Below, piece by piece: positions 27,362 to 37,427 of a stretch of DNA of 64,000 nt. The notes under the pieces were generated by a model. The model saw only the letters and a list, made by a program, of their open reading frames with translations. It made no database searches and had not been told where the DNA came from. A program made the translations under genes and the position numbers. The stretch is from a virus (lineage: Duplodnaviria > Caudoviricetes), in IMG/VR virus record IMGVR_UViG_3300033066_001917, positions 136,246 to 200,245 of that record; one strand, given 5' to 3'. Numbering within the stretch: position 1 is the first letter of the stretch; every line of letters begins with the position of its first letter.

Positions 27362-28040
27362 CTACTTCTGGACCGTGTATCGACCACTCAAATAATCCTT
27401 GAGTCGGAATTTCTGGCCCGTTGGATGGTAGGTTACACGATCATTTTGAACTTGAACGGTCCAGTTTTTGTCCCCCCGTTGACCCGTTCCGATCTGCGAC
27501 CTCCTATCCTTAGACCGTTGCTGATGCTCTCGTTCCTGGATGGATTGCCAGATCCTGGACCGAAGGAATCCCAAAGCTAGAATTTTGTTCTGATTCTGAG
27601 ATCGTTCGGATTCACAGTGAACTACCACACCAGTAGGGACGTGCTTAAGGTCTACCGCGGTTTCAGTTTTGTTTTTGTTCTGACCACCGGGACCAGATCC
27701 ACGAGAAAACGTCCACTCCAGATCATTCGGGTGGATTGTCAACTGTGTTTGTGTTGGTTCGGGAAGTACCGACACGGTTACGGTTGACGTTTGAGTCCTC
27801 CCCCTTTTTTCATTCGGGGGTACTCTCTGCCACCTGTGGCCACCAATCTCTGGTTGAAGCAATTCCTCGGCCCTATCACCGATGACCTTGAACGAGATCG
27901 AACCCGTTCTAATGTCTAAGACCTCAAGGTCAAAGACCCTCCAGGCCAACCTTCTTCGCAAGTACAGAAAACTGCTCGTGAACTAAGTCTTTGGCATCAT
28001 CGCCGCCTTCTGCGGCTCGAATTTCTACGTGTACACTCAT
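27362..28040 (-). CDS. class-1 peptide chain release factor homologue (RF1-like, no domain 1), made by +1 frameshift
   Basis: GGAGG SD, ATG 28040, EIRAAEGG; CTT TGA C at 27935-27929; +1 frame gives HRWQRVPPNEKRGRTQTS and GPGGQ. Confidence 0.88.
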
Positions 28041-28119
28041 GATGTGAACCTCCAAAGAAGAGGAGAAAGAGAACGAAAAACAATACCATTACGCTTCCGG
28101 TGGGTAGGTGGTAAAGATA

Positions 28120-28890
28120 TTAACCCTTAGAGGTACGAAGAGTTAGGGTTGGTAGATATGTTTCTGAGGGTTGACGAATCCACTGGACGAAATTGGGTGG
28201 CACGTGATGTGGGTCCACGGATATCATGTGGGCACGCTGACTTCTCGCAATCCCCATCACAGCATCAGTCAAGGATACTGAAAACGATGTCCCCACAAAC
28301 AAAACAGTTTTGGCGTTGTAGACGGCTTCTTGAATTGCGTCGAACTGATACGAACAATGATCCTCGTAAAACTCGTCAAACAGCAAAGCATGAGGCCGAA
28401 GAATGGAATGACATCTTGGACACTTAGGGAGGTTATCCAAAGTGGGATGGTCAAGAAATCTATTCCAGTCGCTAGAATGATAGGTCAATAGCCCATTCGG
28501 GCTACCAAAAAGGCAACCATAGTCGGAAGAGCATCTAACTCGATCCGCGGATCCATGAGCTTTGATGGGCTTAGACCCGGCCTGCTCGTGGAGAGTGTCC
28601 ACGTTTTGGGTCACTAAGGTGAACTTGAAGGGATAAGACTTCTCCAAATCTGCTAATGCAAAATGTGCCGCATTCGGCTCTTTTTCTAGAATGGACCCAA
28701 AACGATGGAGGTACCATTGCCAGAACTCAACCGGGTTATTCCGAAAAAATGCATTTGTGGCCAGATCCGTGACATCTTTTGACCATATTGCATCGGGATC
28801 TTTCCCCCGAAACGTAGGTATCCCACTGGCTAGACTAATACCGGCCCCCGTGACAACGACGAGGTCCCCTGAGAGTTCAATGCTGTTCAT
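28120..28890 (-). CDS. Sir2/CobB-family NAD-dependent deacylase
   Basis: TGAGISLASGIPTFRG, TQNVDTLH, HGS, LRP..LF, VGTS. Confidence 0.92.
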   Translation of the reverse strand: MNSIELSGDLVVVTGAGISLASGIPTFRGKDPDAIWSKDVTDLATNAFFRNNPVEFWQWYLHRFGSILEKEPNAAHFALADLEKSYPFKFTLVTQNVDTLHEQAGSKPIKAHGSADRVRCSSDYGCLFGSPNGLLTYHSSDWNRFLDHPTLDNLPKCPRCHSILRPHALLFDEFYEDHCSYQFDAIQEAVYNAKTVLFVGTSFSVSLTDAVMGIARSQRAHMISVDPHHVPPNFVQWIRQPSETYLPTLTLRTSKG

Positions 28891-29206
28891 GCGGGGTCAG
28901 TTTTCGCTTCGTAGGAGGAAAGTTCGTACCTGTGTTGGTAGGGGCCATCATATGGAGACGGTAGGGAGTCAAAAGGAACCACGGGGTTGATACTCTCCCA
29001 GATGGACTGGCAAATCCACATATCCGGGTCAAGGCGGTGGAAGCACTCGTGACACACAATGACCATTTTCCAGCCCCCACCTCCGGGACTGACCGAACAG
29101 TCAAAGGTAATCAAAGGTTCCATCGGATCATCCGTTAGACCATCCGAGGGATACGGATACACTTCTTTGACGCTTGGATCTTTTTCAACTCCGCATCCGT
29201 GACATT

Positions 29207-29575
29207 TCATTTGCTGGTCGCCTTTTCATTGCAAGCATCACAGAGGGTAGAAAGCCACCCACCAATGGTTCTGCGCTTGGCAGTGCCATCACCGCAAGCC
29301 TCGCACGTGGTCTCGGAGATGGTTTCCGCTTGTGCACATCGGTCCTCGCACCGTTTGCGGATGTCATCCTGACCATCCTCAGGATGATCCAGGTAGATCC
29401 TGAGAGCTCCGAACTTCTCTTTCACCTGGACCACGGTTCCGGAGAACCCGTAGCTGCTCAGGTCCCGGAACGTATCCTGAATGATGCCGTACCACCCATC
29501 CCCACACTCAGCATAGGGGGCGTTCTTGAACTCAGGGAACTGACCTACGAGTTCCTTCCACTTGTCTCGGTTCAT
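29207..29575 (-). CDS. conserved phage protein
   Basis: CGDGW..QVKEKFGALRIY..CEACG..TLC. Confidence 0.7.
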   Translation of the reverse strand: MNRDKWKELVGQFPEFKNAPYAECGDGWYGIIQDTFRDLSSYGFSGTVVQVKEKFGALRIYLDHPEDGQDDIRKRCEDRCAQAETISETTCEACGDGTAKRRTIGGWLSTLCDACNEKATSK

Positions 29576-29976
29576 AGCTTGGGCTTACGCGGTTTCCGCA
29601 CCGTTTTGAATTGGAAACTCTCGTAGGGATCCTCTCTCCTACCTAACAGAGAAACCCAACGCCACTTTCCATCACGGAACCAGTAGACCTTGTCAGACCA
29701 ATTCTCATTGGCTTCCACCCACACTGATTCCATGGTGTCGTGGGTCCTTGGTGGGTTCCAGTAAGTCAGGGTGTTGCAGAACTCCGGCCATTGACCCACA
29801 GCCGGGTTTTCACCGAGACAGAAGAGATCCCCAAGATCAATGAGGGAGTGAGCGAGATCCAGGGTCGCATAGTGCTGGCGAAGCACCGGACCCGTTTCAT
29901 GGGTTGGACCCGTCGCTAGGTAGGAGGAGAGAAACTTGCCGTCCCTCTCTACTACAATGGTGGAGCTATCTCCCAT
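29572..29976 (-). CDS. hypothetical protein
   Basis: SD AGGA; ATGA overlap downstream. Confidence 0.55.
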   Translation of the reverse strand: MGDSSTIVVERDGKFLSSYLATGPTHETGPVLRQHYATLDLAHSLIDLGDLFCLGENPAVGQWPEFCNTLTYWNPPRTHDTMESVWVEANENWSDKVYWFRDGKWRWVSLLGRREDPYESFQFKTVRKPRKPKL

Positions 29977-30015
29977 GATGATGTCCTGTCTTTACGAATT
30001 TCGGTTTCGAGTCGA

Positions 30016-31005
30016 TTGAGTCACAATTGCATGGAAAAGAAGACATGCCCCCACTGCGGAACGGAATTCGTGAGTAGGTGGAGTAGTCGATTCTGCTCGA
30101 AATCGTGTTGGTATGACAGTATCAGACCGAAGGTTAGCGGGATTTGCGGTCATTGTGGCAATGGTGCTCTAGATCCGTTGCGAACCAGACTAGCAAGGAG
30201 GTCCAAGTCGGGTCACATCTTCTGCAACCATTCGTGTGCGGCAAAATACAGCAACACCCACAAAACCACTGGCACCCGTAGGTCCAAACTGGAGGTGTGG
30301 CTAGAAGAGAGGCTTCGGGAACGCTACCCGGACCTTGACATCCACTGTAACCGAACTGATGCAATCAATGGCGAGCTGGACATCTATTTCCCAGGACTGA
30401 AGCTAGCTTTCGAGCTCAACGGGATTTTCCATTACGAACCCATCTACGGGGAGAAAAACTTGGGGAGGACCCAAACTAACGATGCCAGGAAATTTGCGGC
30501 CTGTACCGAACGAGGGATTGAATTGTGTGTGATTGACACGAGCAGGATGCTTTACTTCAAAGAGAGGTGGGCTCACGAACACCTGAAGGTGGTTTGTGAG
30601 GTTCTTGATGGGGTGATTGCTCAGAGAGTTGGAGATGGGTGGGATATTGGATCAACGGATCCCACAAGAGGGAGAGCGAGCACTCCCGAACCGGTCAAAC
30701 CAAGAGAGTTGCCGTTTGGTGCGGCAAAACTGTTGGAGAGGGCTATGACGTGGGATGTTGAGATGAGAGACAATGGATGGAGCCAAGGAGATTTGGCTAA
30801 ACGGGAGGGGATTCACGTTAGCATTGTAGCTAGAACAATGTCCACTTTGAGGATTCCAGAGGAAATGAAACAGAAACTGCTGTCCAGAGATCCATCTCTT
30901 GGTAAATTGACAACCCGTCAAATTCTCAGTTTAGCTCGGAGTCAACCAAAAAGTGGGAAATATAACTCTAAATTTGGAGTGAGGAGGGAGACTCGAACTC
31001 CCTAG
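30016..31005 (+). CDS. Zn finger + PD-(D/E)xK-like nuclease + HTH protein
   Basis: CxxC and FCxxxC repeats; ELDIYFP..AFELNGIFHY; QGDLAKREG..LRIPEE; likely ATG 30031. Confidence 0.78.
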   Translation: MSHNCMEKKTCPHCGTEFVSRWSSRFCSKSCWYDSIRPKVSGICGHCGNGALDPLRTRLARRSKSGHIFCNHSCAAKYSNTHKTTGTRRSKLEVWLEERLRERYPDLDIHCNRTDAINGELDIYFPGLKLAFELNGIFHYEPIYGEKNLGRTQTNDARKFAACTERGIELCVIDTSRMLYFKERWAHEHLKVVCEVLDGVIAQRVGDGWDIGSTDPTRGRASTPEPVKPRELPFGAAKLLERAMTWDVEMRDNGWSQGDLAKREGIHVSIVARTMSTLRIPEEMKQKLLSRDPSLGKLTTRQILSLARSQPKSGKYNSKFGVRRETRTP

Positions 31006-31064
31006 ATCCCATTACGGGCACAGGGGCCACAACCCTGCCGCTGGACCACTTTGCGCTTCCTCAC
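30975..31064 (-). tRNA. tRNA with His anticodon (GTG) and long variable arm
   Basis: CAGGG-TTGTGGC-CCCTG, extra arm CCCG-TAA-TGGG, U73, CCA. Confidence 0.82.
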
Positions 31065-31076
31065 AAACAAAAACCA

Positions 31077-31161
31077 TGCAGCGTGAGGGAATCGAACCCC
31101 CTCTGATCCTAAGACCTCCCGGGTTACGGCCGGGACCCTTCCCATTCAGGCGCAACGCTGC
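31077..31161 (-). tRNA. tRNA-Tyr (GTA), C33
   Basis: CCCGG-CCGTAAC-CCGGG, long variable arm, A73. Confidence 0.8.
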
Positions 31162-31173
31162 GTCAATCATGAG

Positions 31174-31257
31174 TGGAAGTGGTAGGATTTGCACCTACGG
31201 GGGTTTTTAGGCCAACGGGTTTACAGCCCATCGCTATCGCTACTCAGCCACACTTCC
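31174..31257 (-). tRNA. tRNA-Tyr (GTA)
   Basis: ATGGG-CTGTAAA-CCCGT, T loop TGCAAAT, A73. Confidence 0.88.
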
Positions 31258-31404
31258 ATATTATTGACGTGTCTTGCAGGGGATACCAGACCCCTGGACA
31301 TTGGGGTCAATAACTATGGTGGTGATGGTGCGTCATGGTGTTGTATCCGTCTTACGCTTCTGAAGCTCGTTCGATCTAAAGAACTGACCGATAGGCAAAT
31401 TATT

Positions 31405-31749
31405 TTAACTTGGTTTTTGTTTCAAACATTCACGGCAAGTTACCCGGCCCCATACCCAGGCTCTAATCGAGTGGGGGGGCGCTAAACCACACACGGAATC
31501 CCCCCACTCGGTACTAGCGTGGACCCCACATTGTGTGCAACCATGGGTACCACATGGGTGACTGACACCAGCACATCCCGTTTTGATGCGGCGGCACTCG
31601 GAACACCACCCAGCGCACGTATCATAACAACTCAAATCCGGTGGGGCTGTGAGTTCACACTCTCTCCCACAAGGGAGAACGTGCCTTACTTTCAAACCAT
31701 CGGGATCTTGACCACATAGGGTTCCACATCGCTCACAGTTTACGAACAT
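31405..31749 (-). CDS. Cys-rich hypothetical protein
   Basis: many CxxC pairs. Confidence 0.5.
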   Translation of the reverse strand: MFVNCERCGTLCGQDPDGLKVRHVLPCGRECELTAPPDLSCYDTCAGWCSECRRIKTGCAGVSHPCGTHGCTQCGVHASTEWGDSVCGLAPPHSIRAWVWGRVTCRECLKQKPS

Positions 31750-31752
31750 GAT

Positions 31753-32217
31753 TCAAAGCTCCAAAATCGTTGGTAGGATGTCAACCATTGGATCGTTGCC
31801 AAGAGTATGGCATAGATCTTGCCAAGTTGTGAGCCGTTTCGATAGCTGACCAAATCTAACAATGCTTCCGTCTCGCCCGTAGCCATAGAATTGAATGAGA
31901 GCTACGCGCCACGTATTGTTCGAGGGGTCAAATACAATGGAACCTCCTACAAGTGGTTCAAGTTTCCCGTCCTCCCATCTATCCCCTTCTTTCTCAATCC
32001 AGCAATCCAACCCCAACCATTTTATGTCCGCGTGGAGAACATGGTATGCATCCCCAAAGAGAATCTCTCCGGTTTGAAGAACCACAAATCGGGCCAGCTT
32101 ATGGTTTCCAAGGGGGGTGAGATTGTCGAACCAATCCCTAGTAGGGTCGGATACAATTGAAATAGGTGCTTTGGACTCGTATTTTCTCCACGCTGGGATA
32201 ACTTGACGGATTCTCAT
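31753..32217 (-). CDS. hypothetical protein
   Basis: GAGG SD. Confidence 0.55.
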   Translation of the reverse strand: MRIRQVIPAWRKYESKAPISIVSDPTRDWFDNLTPLGNHKLARFVVLQTGEILFGDAYHVLHADIKWLGLDCWIEKEGDRWEDGKLEPLVGGSIVFDPSNNTWRVALIQFYGYGRDGSIVRFGQLSKRLTTWQDLCHTLGNDPMVDILPTILEL

Positions 32218-32225
32218 GCCTCACC

Positions 32226-33122
32226 TTAAGTCCGCACCCAATTATAGTCCCCTTGATAGGACCAGTTATTCAACCCAGCTCCAGTTGTGATGTCATTACC
32301 ACCAAGTGGCCGAAGGGTGGCATTTCCATCGCGAGTGATAGTGAGATGCTTCGCCATATCCTGAGGATAGGAAACCACCGCATTTCCAGATACATGGACT
32401 TTTACACTGGGATCGAAAATAGAAACTTGGGCATTTTCCGATGCTTCGATGAATCCACCGTAAGCTTTGACTTTCACTTCACCCGAAGCCAGAACTTTCG
32501 TGCTGTTGTGGGCATCCACATGACAGGACCCCCGGGCAACAATTTGGGCGCGGTGTACCGCGTAGATATGAGCATCCCCCTCGGCATTCACCACCGAATC
32601 ACCGTGTGGGAAGATCATCCCCGACCCGGAGACTTCAAGAATGCTTTGATTATGGGCGGAAATAGCCCGAAATCGACCAGTTGCTTTCAAACGGGAATTG
32701 TCATGGAGGAATACCCCACCGGGGCTGGAAGACATGACACATGCATCACCCTTGAGAATGAGAGGGAAGTCCGGACTATTCAAATGATGGGTACCCGAAG
32801 CAAATACTCCGACAACCGCCAAATCTTCAGTGGTTGCCGGTCTCAAGAGTCTCACGGATTCTGCCGCAATATTTGACAAATCCGTTTCTGATTCCCCTCG
32901 AATCTCCGCTAAGTAAATATCCAGATCCCAGGCATAAGGACTCAAATGATGCCAAAAAGTTGGCTGATCCGTTACGTGATACCCAGATTTTCCTAGAGAG
33001 ACGGGAACGGGTGGCATCCACTCTCCGGGTACCCATGTCCCATTTTCCATCTTGGGGAGGTTCCACACACAGGATCCAAAGCAAGGAGAAGTTCCCCGCC
33101 AAAGAAGTTTGAACAGTGTCAT
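32226..33122 (-). CDS. beta-solenoid repeat protein, paralogue A
   Basis: W.LP..W.PGEW..GYH N-domain plus about 8-residue VxAxxx repeats. Confidence 0.65.
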   Translation of the reverse strand: MTLFKLLWRGTSPCFGSCVWNLPKMENGTWVPGEWMPPVPVSLGKSGYHVTDQPTFWHHLSPYAWDLDIYLAEIRGESETDLSNIAAESVRLLRPATTEDLAVVGVFASGTHHLNSPDFPLILKGDACVMSSSPGGVFLHDNSRLKATGRFRAISAHNQSILEVSGSGMIFPHGDSVVNAEGDAHIYAVHRAQIVARGSCHVDAHNSTKVLASGEVKVKAYGGFIEASENAQVSIFDPSVKVHVSGNAVVSYPQDMAKHLTITRDGNATLRPLGGNDITTGAGLNNWSYQGDYNWVRT

Positions 33123-34042
33123 TTTTTACCCCAAGTGAAACTGCCCTGGTACACCCACCGACTTTCCCCTTTCTTAACGAGGATGTCCTTTCCTCTCTTG
33201 CTCACCACGGCAACCGCGGATTGGCTAAGGGTTAGAATTCGAGGGCTACCTTCGCACCTAACGACAGCACTCTCTCCGGCGTGGATCCGGGTTTTGTTGG
33301 CACCTTTAGACGTGTCCAACACATAAGCGTTTTCATACGCCTCGACGATTACTTGCCCCTCGTCGACTTGCACAACGCTGTCACCGTGAGCCAGAATTTT
33401 GGTGCTTTCTGACCCCACGACCCTAGCTGTCATACTAGCCTCCACCCTAGAATTGCCTGAAGCAAGGACGGAAGAGTTACCTTCTGCTAACACATAAGCT
33501 TCCTCGCAAACGTCAACTGTTGTGTTACCAAAGGCGTGGATCTCAGCGTGGCCCTTAGCCTCGCAGTGGGTCCCACCCGTGATTACAACCTCGGCATAAT
33601 CATCAGCATAAACTGAAGTGCAATCATGCGCTTCAACCCTGGCTTTCCCCCCCACAAGAACTCGTCCCACCACCCCTGAGATTTTATGGCTTCCGCTCGT
33701 GTAAATATGGAAAGATTTGAGCTCGGATACCGTCAAGGGACGTAGCAACCGGCAAGAGGCCACGGCAAATTTTGTGCCCTGGGTAGCAGTTTTCCTTCCT
33801 CTGTATTGAGTTAGATATGCTACCGGGTTGTCAATCTCCCACCAACATTCCGGACGGTGAGTTAGGTGGTATCCACGATGGCAAATAATGGGGGTAATTG
33901 ACTGGGTCCACTCACCGGGAATCCATTTCCCACCTTTGCGTTTTGGGAGATCCCACGTGTAGTCCCCTCCGTGACTAGACTTGTTTCCGGACAGAACTTT
34001 GATTGCAGTATTTTTGGGGAATTGCATGGTTAAGTTACCCAC
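33119..34042 (-). CDS. beta-solenoid repeat protein, paralogue B
   Basis: same architecture; both end in WxYQGxxxW. Confidence 0.65.
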   Translation of the reverse strand: MGNLTMQFPKNTAIKVLSGNKSSHGGDYTWDLPKRKGGKWIPGEWTQSITPIICHRGYHLTHRPECWWEIDNPVAYLTQYRGRKTATQGTKFAVASCRLLRPLTVSELKSFHIYTSGSHKISGVVGRVLVGGKARVEAHDCTSVYADDYAEVVITGGTHCEAKGHAEIHAFGNTTVDVCEEAYVLAEGNSSVLASGNSRVEASMTARVVGSESTKILAHGDSVVQVDEGQVIVEAYENAYVLDTSKGANKTRIHAGESAVVRCEGSPRILTLSQSAVAVVSKRGKDILVKKGESRWVYQGSFTWGKK

Positions 34043-35184
34043 CCATTGAAATCAGTGGTGCTGGTTCTCCACTCCTGATGAAGTTTCCGATACCTAGGGA
34101 GTTCCGTAGCCTTACCAAATAGAACTTTGTGACTGGGGAGGAGAGCTACCTGTCCATTCTCTAGGGCCATTGCGTGGAGCAGGAGGTTATCATCTACCCA
34201 ATCCACTGTGAAAAGGTACAGAGCCTGGACCCATCTATTCTGCCGAACGAAAAAGGCTTTGGCTTTCTCTCCAGTTAGCAGATTATAGGAGTCTACTGAG
34301 ATTCGACCCTCGGGACACAAAGCATAAGTAAGGTCTTTCTCCTCCAATAGATCAACTGACTCTTCGGATCCGGGTTCCATCCAACGAATCATATGAGCAG
34401 GAACGTAGCTGAAAACCGCTCCCGTTCCCAACAAAACCTCGAACGTGAGGGAGTGACCCTTATAGCTGTTGACGGCGAAAATACGTCCTTTCGTCCACCC
34501 TTTAGCTTCCGGATCCATGTCCTGAAGAACGCGATTGTCTACCCAGACGTTGTTGGGGTAGACGTACCCATGATGTGTTGAACTTTTTCTAGGCATGGGG
34601 GAAGCCTTACCCACCCAACCCAGAACATTTTCTATTGCTTCATCCAGATTTCGACAAGCAATTGGCATGGGCGTTTCATATCTATCATTAGCGGGTGGAT
34701 CCACGTCCCCATGAAGACCACCAAGATTGATTTTCAACACCCTGGAAGGATCGAGGATCCCAGTGGAAGTCATCCATTCCACCGTGTCTCTAATCACCCT
34801 AACCCCATGGCGCTCAAAGTCAGACGGGACTATAGGGTTGTTGGGGTAGTTCAACAGAATGAGCAGATCCTCATCCGGTCGGAATAGAAGAGTGAAATCC
34901 CTTGGGTTACGCAGCCCCTCAATCACCAGGAATCCCTCCTCAACGCAGTGGTGTGCATGAATGTAATCCACACACACGTTAGGGTTTGAGGCTAACTGGC
35001 TACAGGAATAATTCGTGATATCTCGAAGATAATCCGGACTGCCCACCACAACACCAGGAGGGGGCACATAACGGCTTTTGACCCACGTAGACCCGGAAAC
35101 AAGTTCGTAGCTAAGTTTTTTGGCTACCCGACCGGCAATCGTGGTTTTGCCAGTTTTGGTCAACCCCAGGACAAAGATATTCAT
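34030..35184 (-). CDS. P-loop nucleotide-kinase-like domain fused to unknown domain
   Basis: GLTKTGKT Walker A, VIEGLRNPRD. Confidence 0.65.
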   Translation of the reverse strand: MNIFVLGLTKTGKTTIAGRVAKKLSYELVSGSTWVKSRYVPPPGVVVGSPDYLRDITNYSCSQLASNPNVCVDYIHAHHCVEEGFLVIEGLRNPRDFTLLFRPDEDLLILLNYPNNPIVPSDFERHGVRVIRDTVEWMTSTGILDPSRVLKINLGGLHGDVDPPANDRYETPMPIACRNLDEAIENVLGWVGKASPMPRKSSTHHGYVYPNNVWVDNRVLQDMDPEAKGWTKGRIFAVNSYKGHSLTFEVLLGTGAVFSYVPAHMIRWMEPGSEESVDLLEEKDLTYALCPEGRISVDSYNLLTGEKAKAFFVRQNRWVQALYLFTVDWVDDNLLLHAMALENGQVALLPSHKVLFGKATELPRYRKLHQEWRTSTTDFNGWVT

Positions 35185-35220
35185 GGGTTTTTTACGTTCC
35201 AGTTGGGTGTATGGGACGTT

Positions 35221-35757
35221 CTAGCATGGATTGACGGCGGATTTCCACTCGTGGGTCTTTTGGTCCAATTCCGCAATTAGAGCGAAAACAATATGACCTT
35301 GAGGGATCCACGGAACCGAAGTCTTTCGAATCACAACACCAACACCCTCTCGCTTGACCCCATTGATTTCGACGGTGATATACTTACACTCCATCTCATC
35401 TCCGGGGAAGAGGCAAATAGAAGCATATCGTTCTACATGCCAACCGACTTCGGTCATCGCTTTCTCATCCGGTTCACTACGCGCCTCACCCCACGTAACG
35501 AAACGTTCTGGGCAAGCCTCGAAAGCATATCCGAACTCATAGGCCACGCGCTCATGTAAGGCGTGACTCTGCACGTTCATCCCAATAGCGTGGTTTTTAC
35601 GGAGAGTGCCGGATCCCTTTGTCTCGATGAACTCGGCCATACCCATATTGCGGGTAGCCACTCGGCGCTCAACCCATGGAGACCTGTCCTCCGGCATAGG
35701 AATGATTTCAGTTGCCCTGGATCCACTAACCCGCAAACCAATTGCTGTTGGAATCAT
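35221..35757 (-). CDS. hypothetical protein
   Basis: ATGA overlap with PRTase gene. Confidence 0.6.
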   Translation of the reverse strand: MIPTAIGLRVSGSRATEIIPMPEDRSPWVERRVATRNMGMAEFIETKGSGTLRKNHAIGMNVQSHALHERVAYEFGYAFEACPERFVTWGEARSEPDEKAMTEVGWHVERYASICLFPGDEMECKYITVEINGVKREGVGVVIRKTSVPWIPQGHIVFALIAELDQKTHEWKSAVNPC

Positions 35758-36335
35758 GCCGCGCTCGGGGGTGGCTGAAGTGGGAGGTGGCCCAGGGTGT
35801 AGACATCACCTCTTCGCTTACCCTCGGAGAACACAGCTACAGCTCCATGATAGATACCACCCGCCATTTCAATAAGGCGCTTGGTAGCTTCCAGGCTCTC
35901 TCCGGTGCTTACAACATCATCCACCACAACTGCCCGACGCCCGCGAATTTTCTCAGCATCCACTTCAGGGAGGTAAAGCTTTCGTACCTGACCCGAAGCA
36001 TCCTTAGACCCGGAAGTGATCGAAGACAGATTGGTCTCCAAGCACGGACCCATATATCCCTTTTTTTCTTTGGGGGCAACAATGGTCTTGAGTCCAGACT
36101 CTCGTCCCACCACATGGAGAATGCACTCGGCTTTCCCCGCTGGCATAACCAGGATCTCAGTACCAGGAGGAAGAATTCGGGCCAGACCTCTCCCAGTACG
36201 TTCACACATAAGCCAATCCCCACGTGGATTGAATACAGCCAGATGGATCCCGGGGGCTACTTCAAGAATAGGTAGCTCCAGTTGGCAAAATTCGTAGATG
36301 CCATACCGAATAGAAACTGTGTGTGTTCTTGTCAT
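35754..36335 (-). CDS. type I phosphoribosyltransferase (adenine PRTase-like)
   Basis: PRPP-binding VVVDDVVSTGES. Confidence 0.85.
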   Translation of the reverse strand: MTRTHTVSIRYGIYEFCQLELPILEVAPGIHLAVFNPRGDWLMCERTGRGLARILPPGTEILVMPAGKAECILHVVGRESGLKTIVAPKEKKGYMGPCLETNLSSITSGSKDASGQVRKLYLPEVDAEKIRGRRAVVVDDVVSTGESLEATKRLIEMAGGIYHGAVAVFSEGKRRGDVYTLGHLPLQPPPSAA

Positions 36336-36556
36336 ACTTTGTTTTCCGCAACCGTTAATGCGTTCGAAATAGCTTCCCGTTGGATGTCTACGGCCTGAAG
36401 TTGATCCCTGAGAACCCGAACCCCAAGGGCAGATGCTTCCTTGAGATCCTCTGGTCTAGTGAGGAGGCCCTGAAGTGAAAGACCGATTAGCCTTAGCTCG
36501 GCTTTGGTCAGTTCCACACTGTAGGTTATTCTAGCTGTCATGGATCCCATGTAATG

Positions 36557-36880
36557 CTAACTCCTTGATCGAACGGATCGGGGCCATGTTTTGACCTTTT
36601 CCAAACCGTCGTATTCATCAATGTCCCAGTTGTACCCTGGAGCAACATAAAAAACACGTAACCTAGCGCATTCTCCGTTAGCGTCTTTCCCCAATTCTTC
36701 GATGCACTCCACCACAAGTGGATCGTCACGATCTACCTCATGGAGGTACCAGTTTGAAGGATTAGGATCCTGAGCCATCACGGCCAAAGACTGAGGGTGA
36801 CCCTTGGCAGCAAGCCATTCGATGGCTTGGACGCTTAGACCGAAGCCACCGTATTCGCTGTTGCCAACTACTTTTGGCAC
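36557..36880 (-). CDS. conserved phage protein
   Basis: YGGFGLS..RDDPLVVECIEELG..IDEYDGLE; GTG start with GTAA-N7. Confidence 0.65.
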   Translation of the reverse strand: MPKVVGNSEYGGFGLSVQAIEWLAAKGHPQSLAVMAQDPNPSNWYLHEVDRDDPLVVECIEELGKDANGECARLRVFYVAPGYNWDIDEYDGLEKVKTWPRSVRSRS

Positions 36881-36887
36881 AACTGCA

Positions 36888-37427
36888 TTACGAACTAAGC
36901 TGATGATCCGGTACTGACAGATATTGTAAGACAAGGGGTACAATCGGACGGATGGTATCCACCAGAAGTTGAACTCTGGGGGTTCCCGTTAGGTGACTAT
37001 GTGGATTTTTGGGATCACACCCGTGACGTTCGGCATACACGTCCCCCCATGTCAGTTTCCTCTCCTTGGATACCCTGTCTTCCCATTCCCGATAAATGGT
37101 ACCGGGGACTACAACCGAGGGTCCGGTAACCATCAGTTCTTTTTCATTGGGAAAAATAATGTGGAAAACCGGAAAGTCCACCACTCTACCATCCAAGTTT
37201 TGTTGGATTCCATTCTCTATTGCCGTATAGAAGGCACCATGTACCCTGCATTGATCTCTGGCCCCAATACATCGGCTGCGAGCACCCTCAAAAGTTTCTG
37301 ATCCATAGGGGCCTTCGGGTACAAAAGAGAATACTTTTACACCTCGAATCTCTGGATCTAACGCTTCAAAGGCGATTTTATGCGCCCGGATTTTGATGGG
37401 GGACTCGGATCCAACGACAAAAATCAT
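36888..37427 (-). CDS. YjjX-like inosine/xanthosine triphosphatase
   Basis: VGSESPIKIRA, P..ETFEGARSR, AIENGI. Confidence 0.75.
   Translation of the reverse strand: MIFVVGSESPIKIRAHKIAFEALDPEIRGVKVFSFVPEGPYGSETFEGARSRCIGARDQCRVHGAFYTAIENGIQQNLDGRVVDFPVFHIIFPNEKELMVTGPSVVVPGTIYREWEDRVSKERKLTWGDVYAERHGCDPKNPHSHLTGTPRVQLLVDTIRPIVPLVLQYLSVPDHQLSS

Noticed and set aside
27997-28089. Phe/Leu-rich upstream ORF (MVLFFVLFLLFFGG...) as a leader peptide for the release factor
   Set aside because: Its ATG overlaps the putative GTAA promoter element and has no SD; likely just a pyrimidine-rich leader
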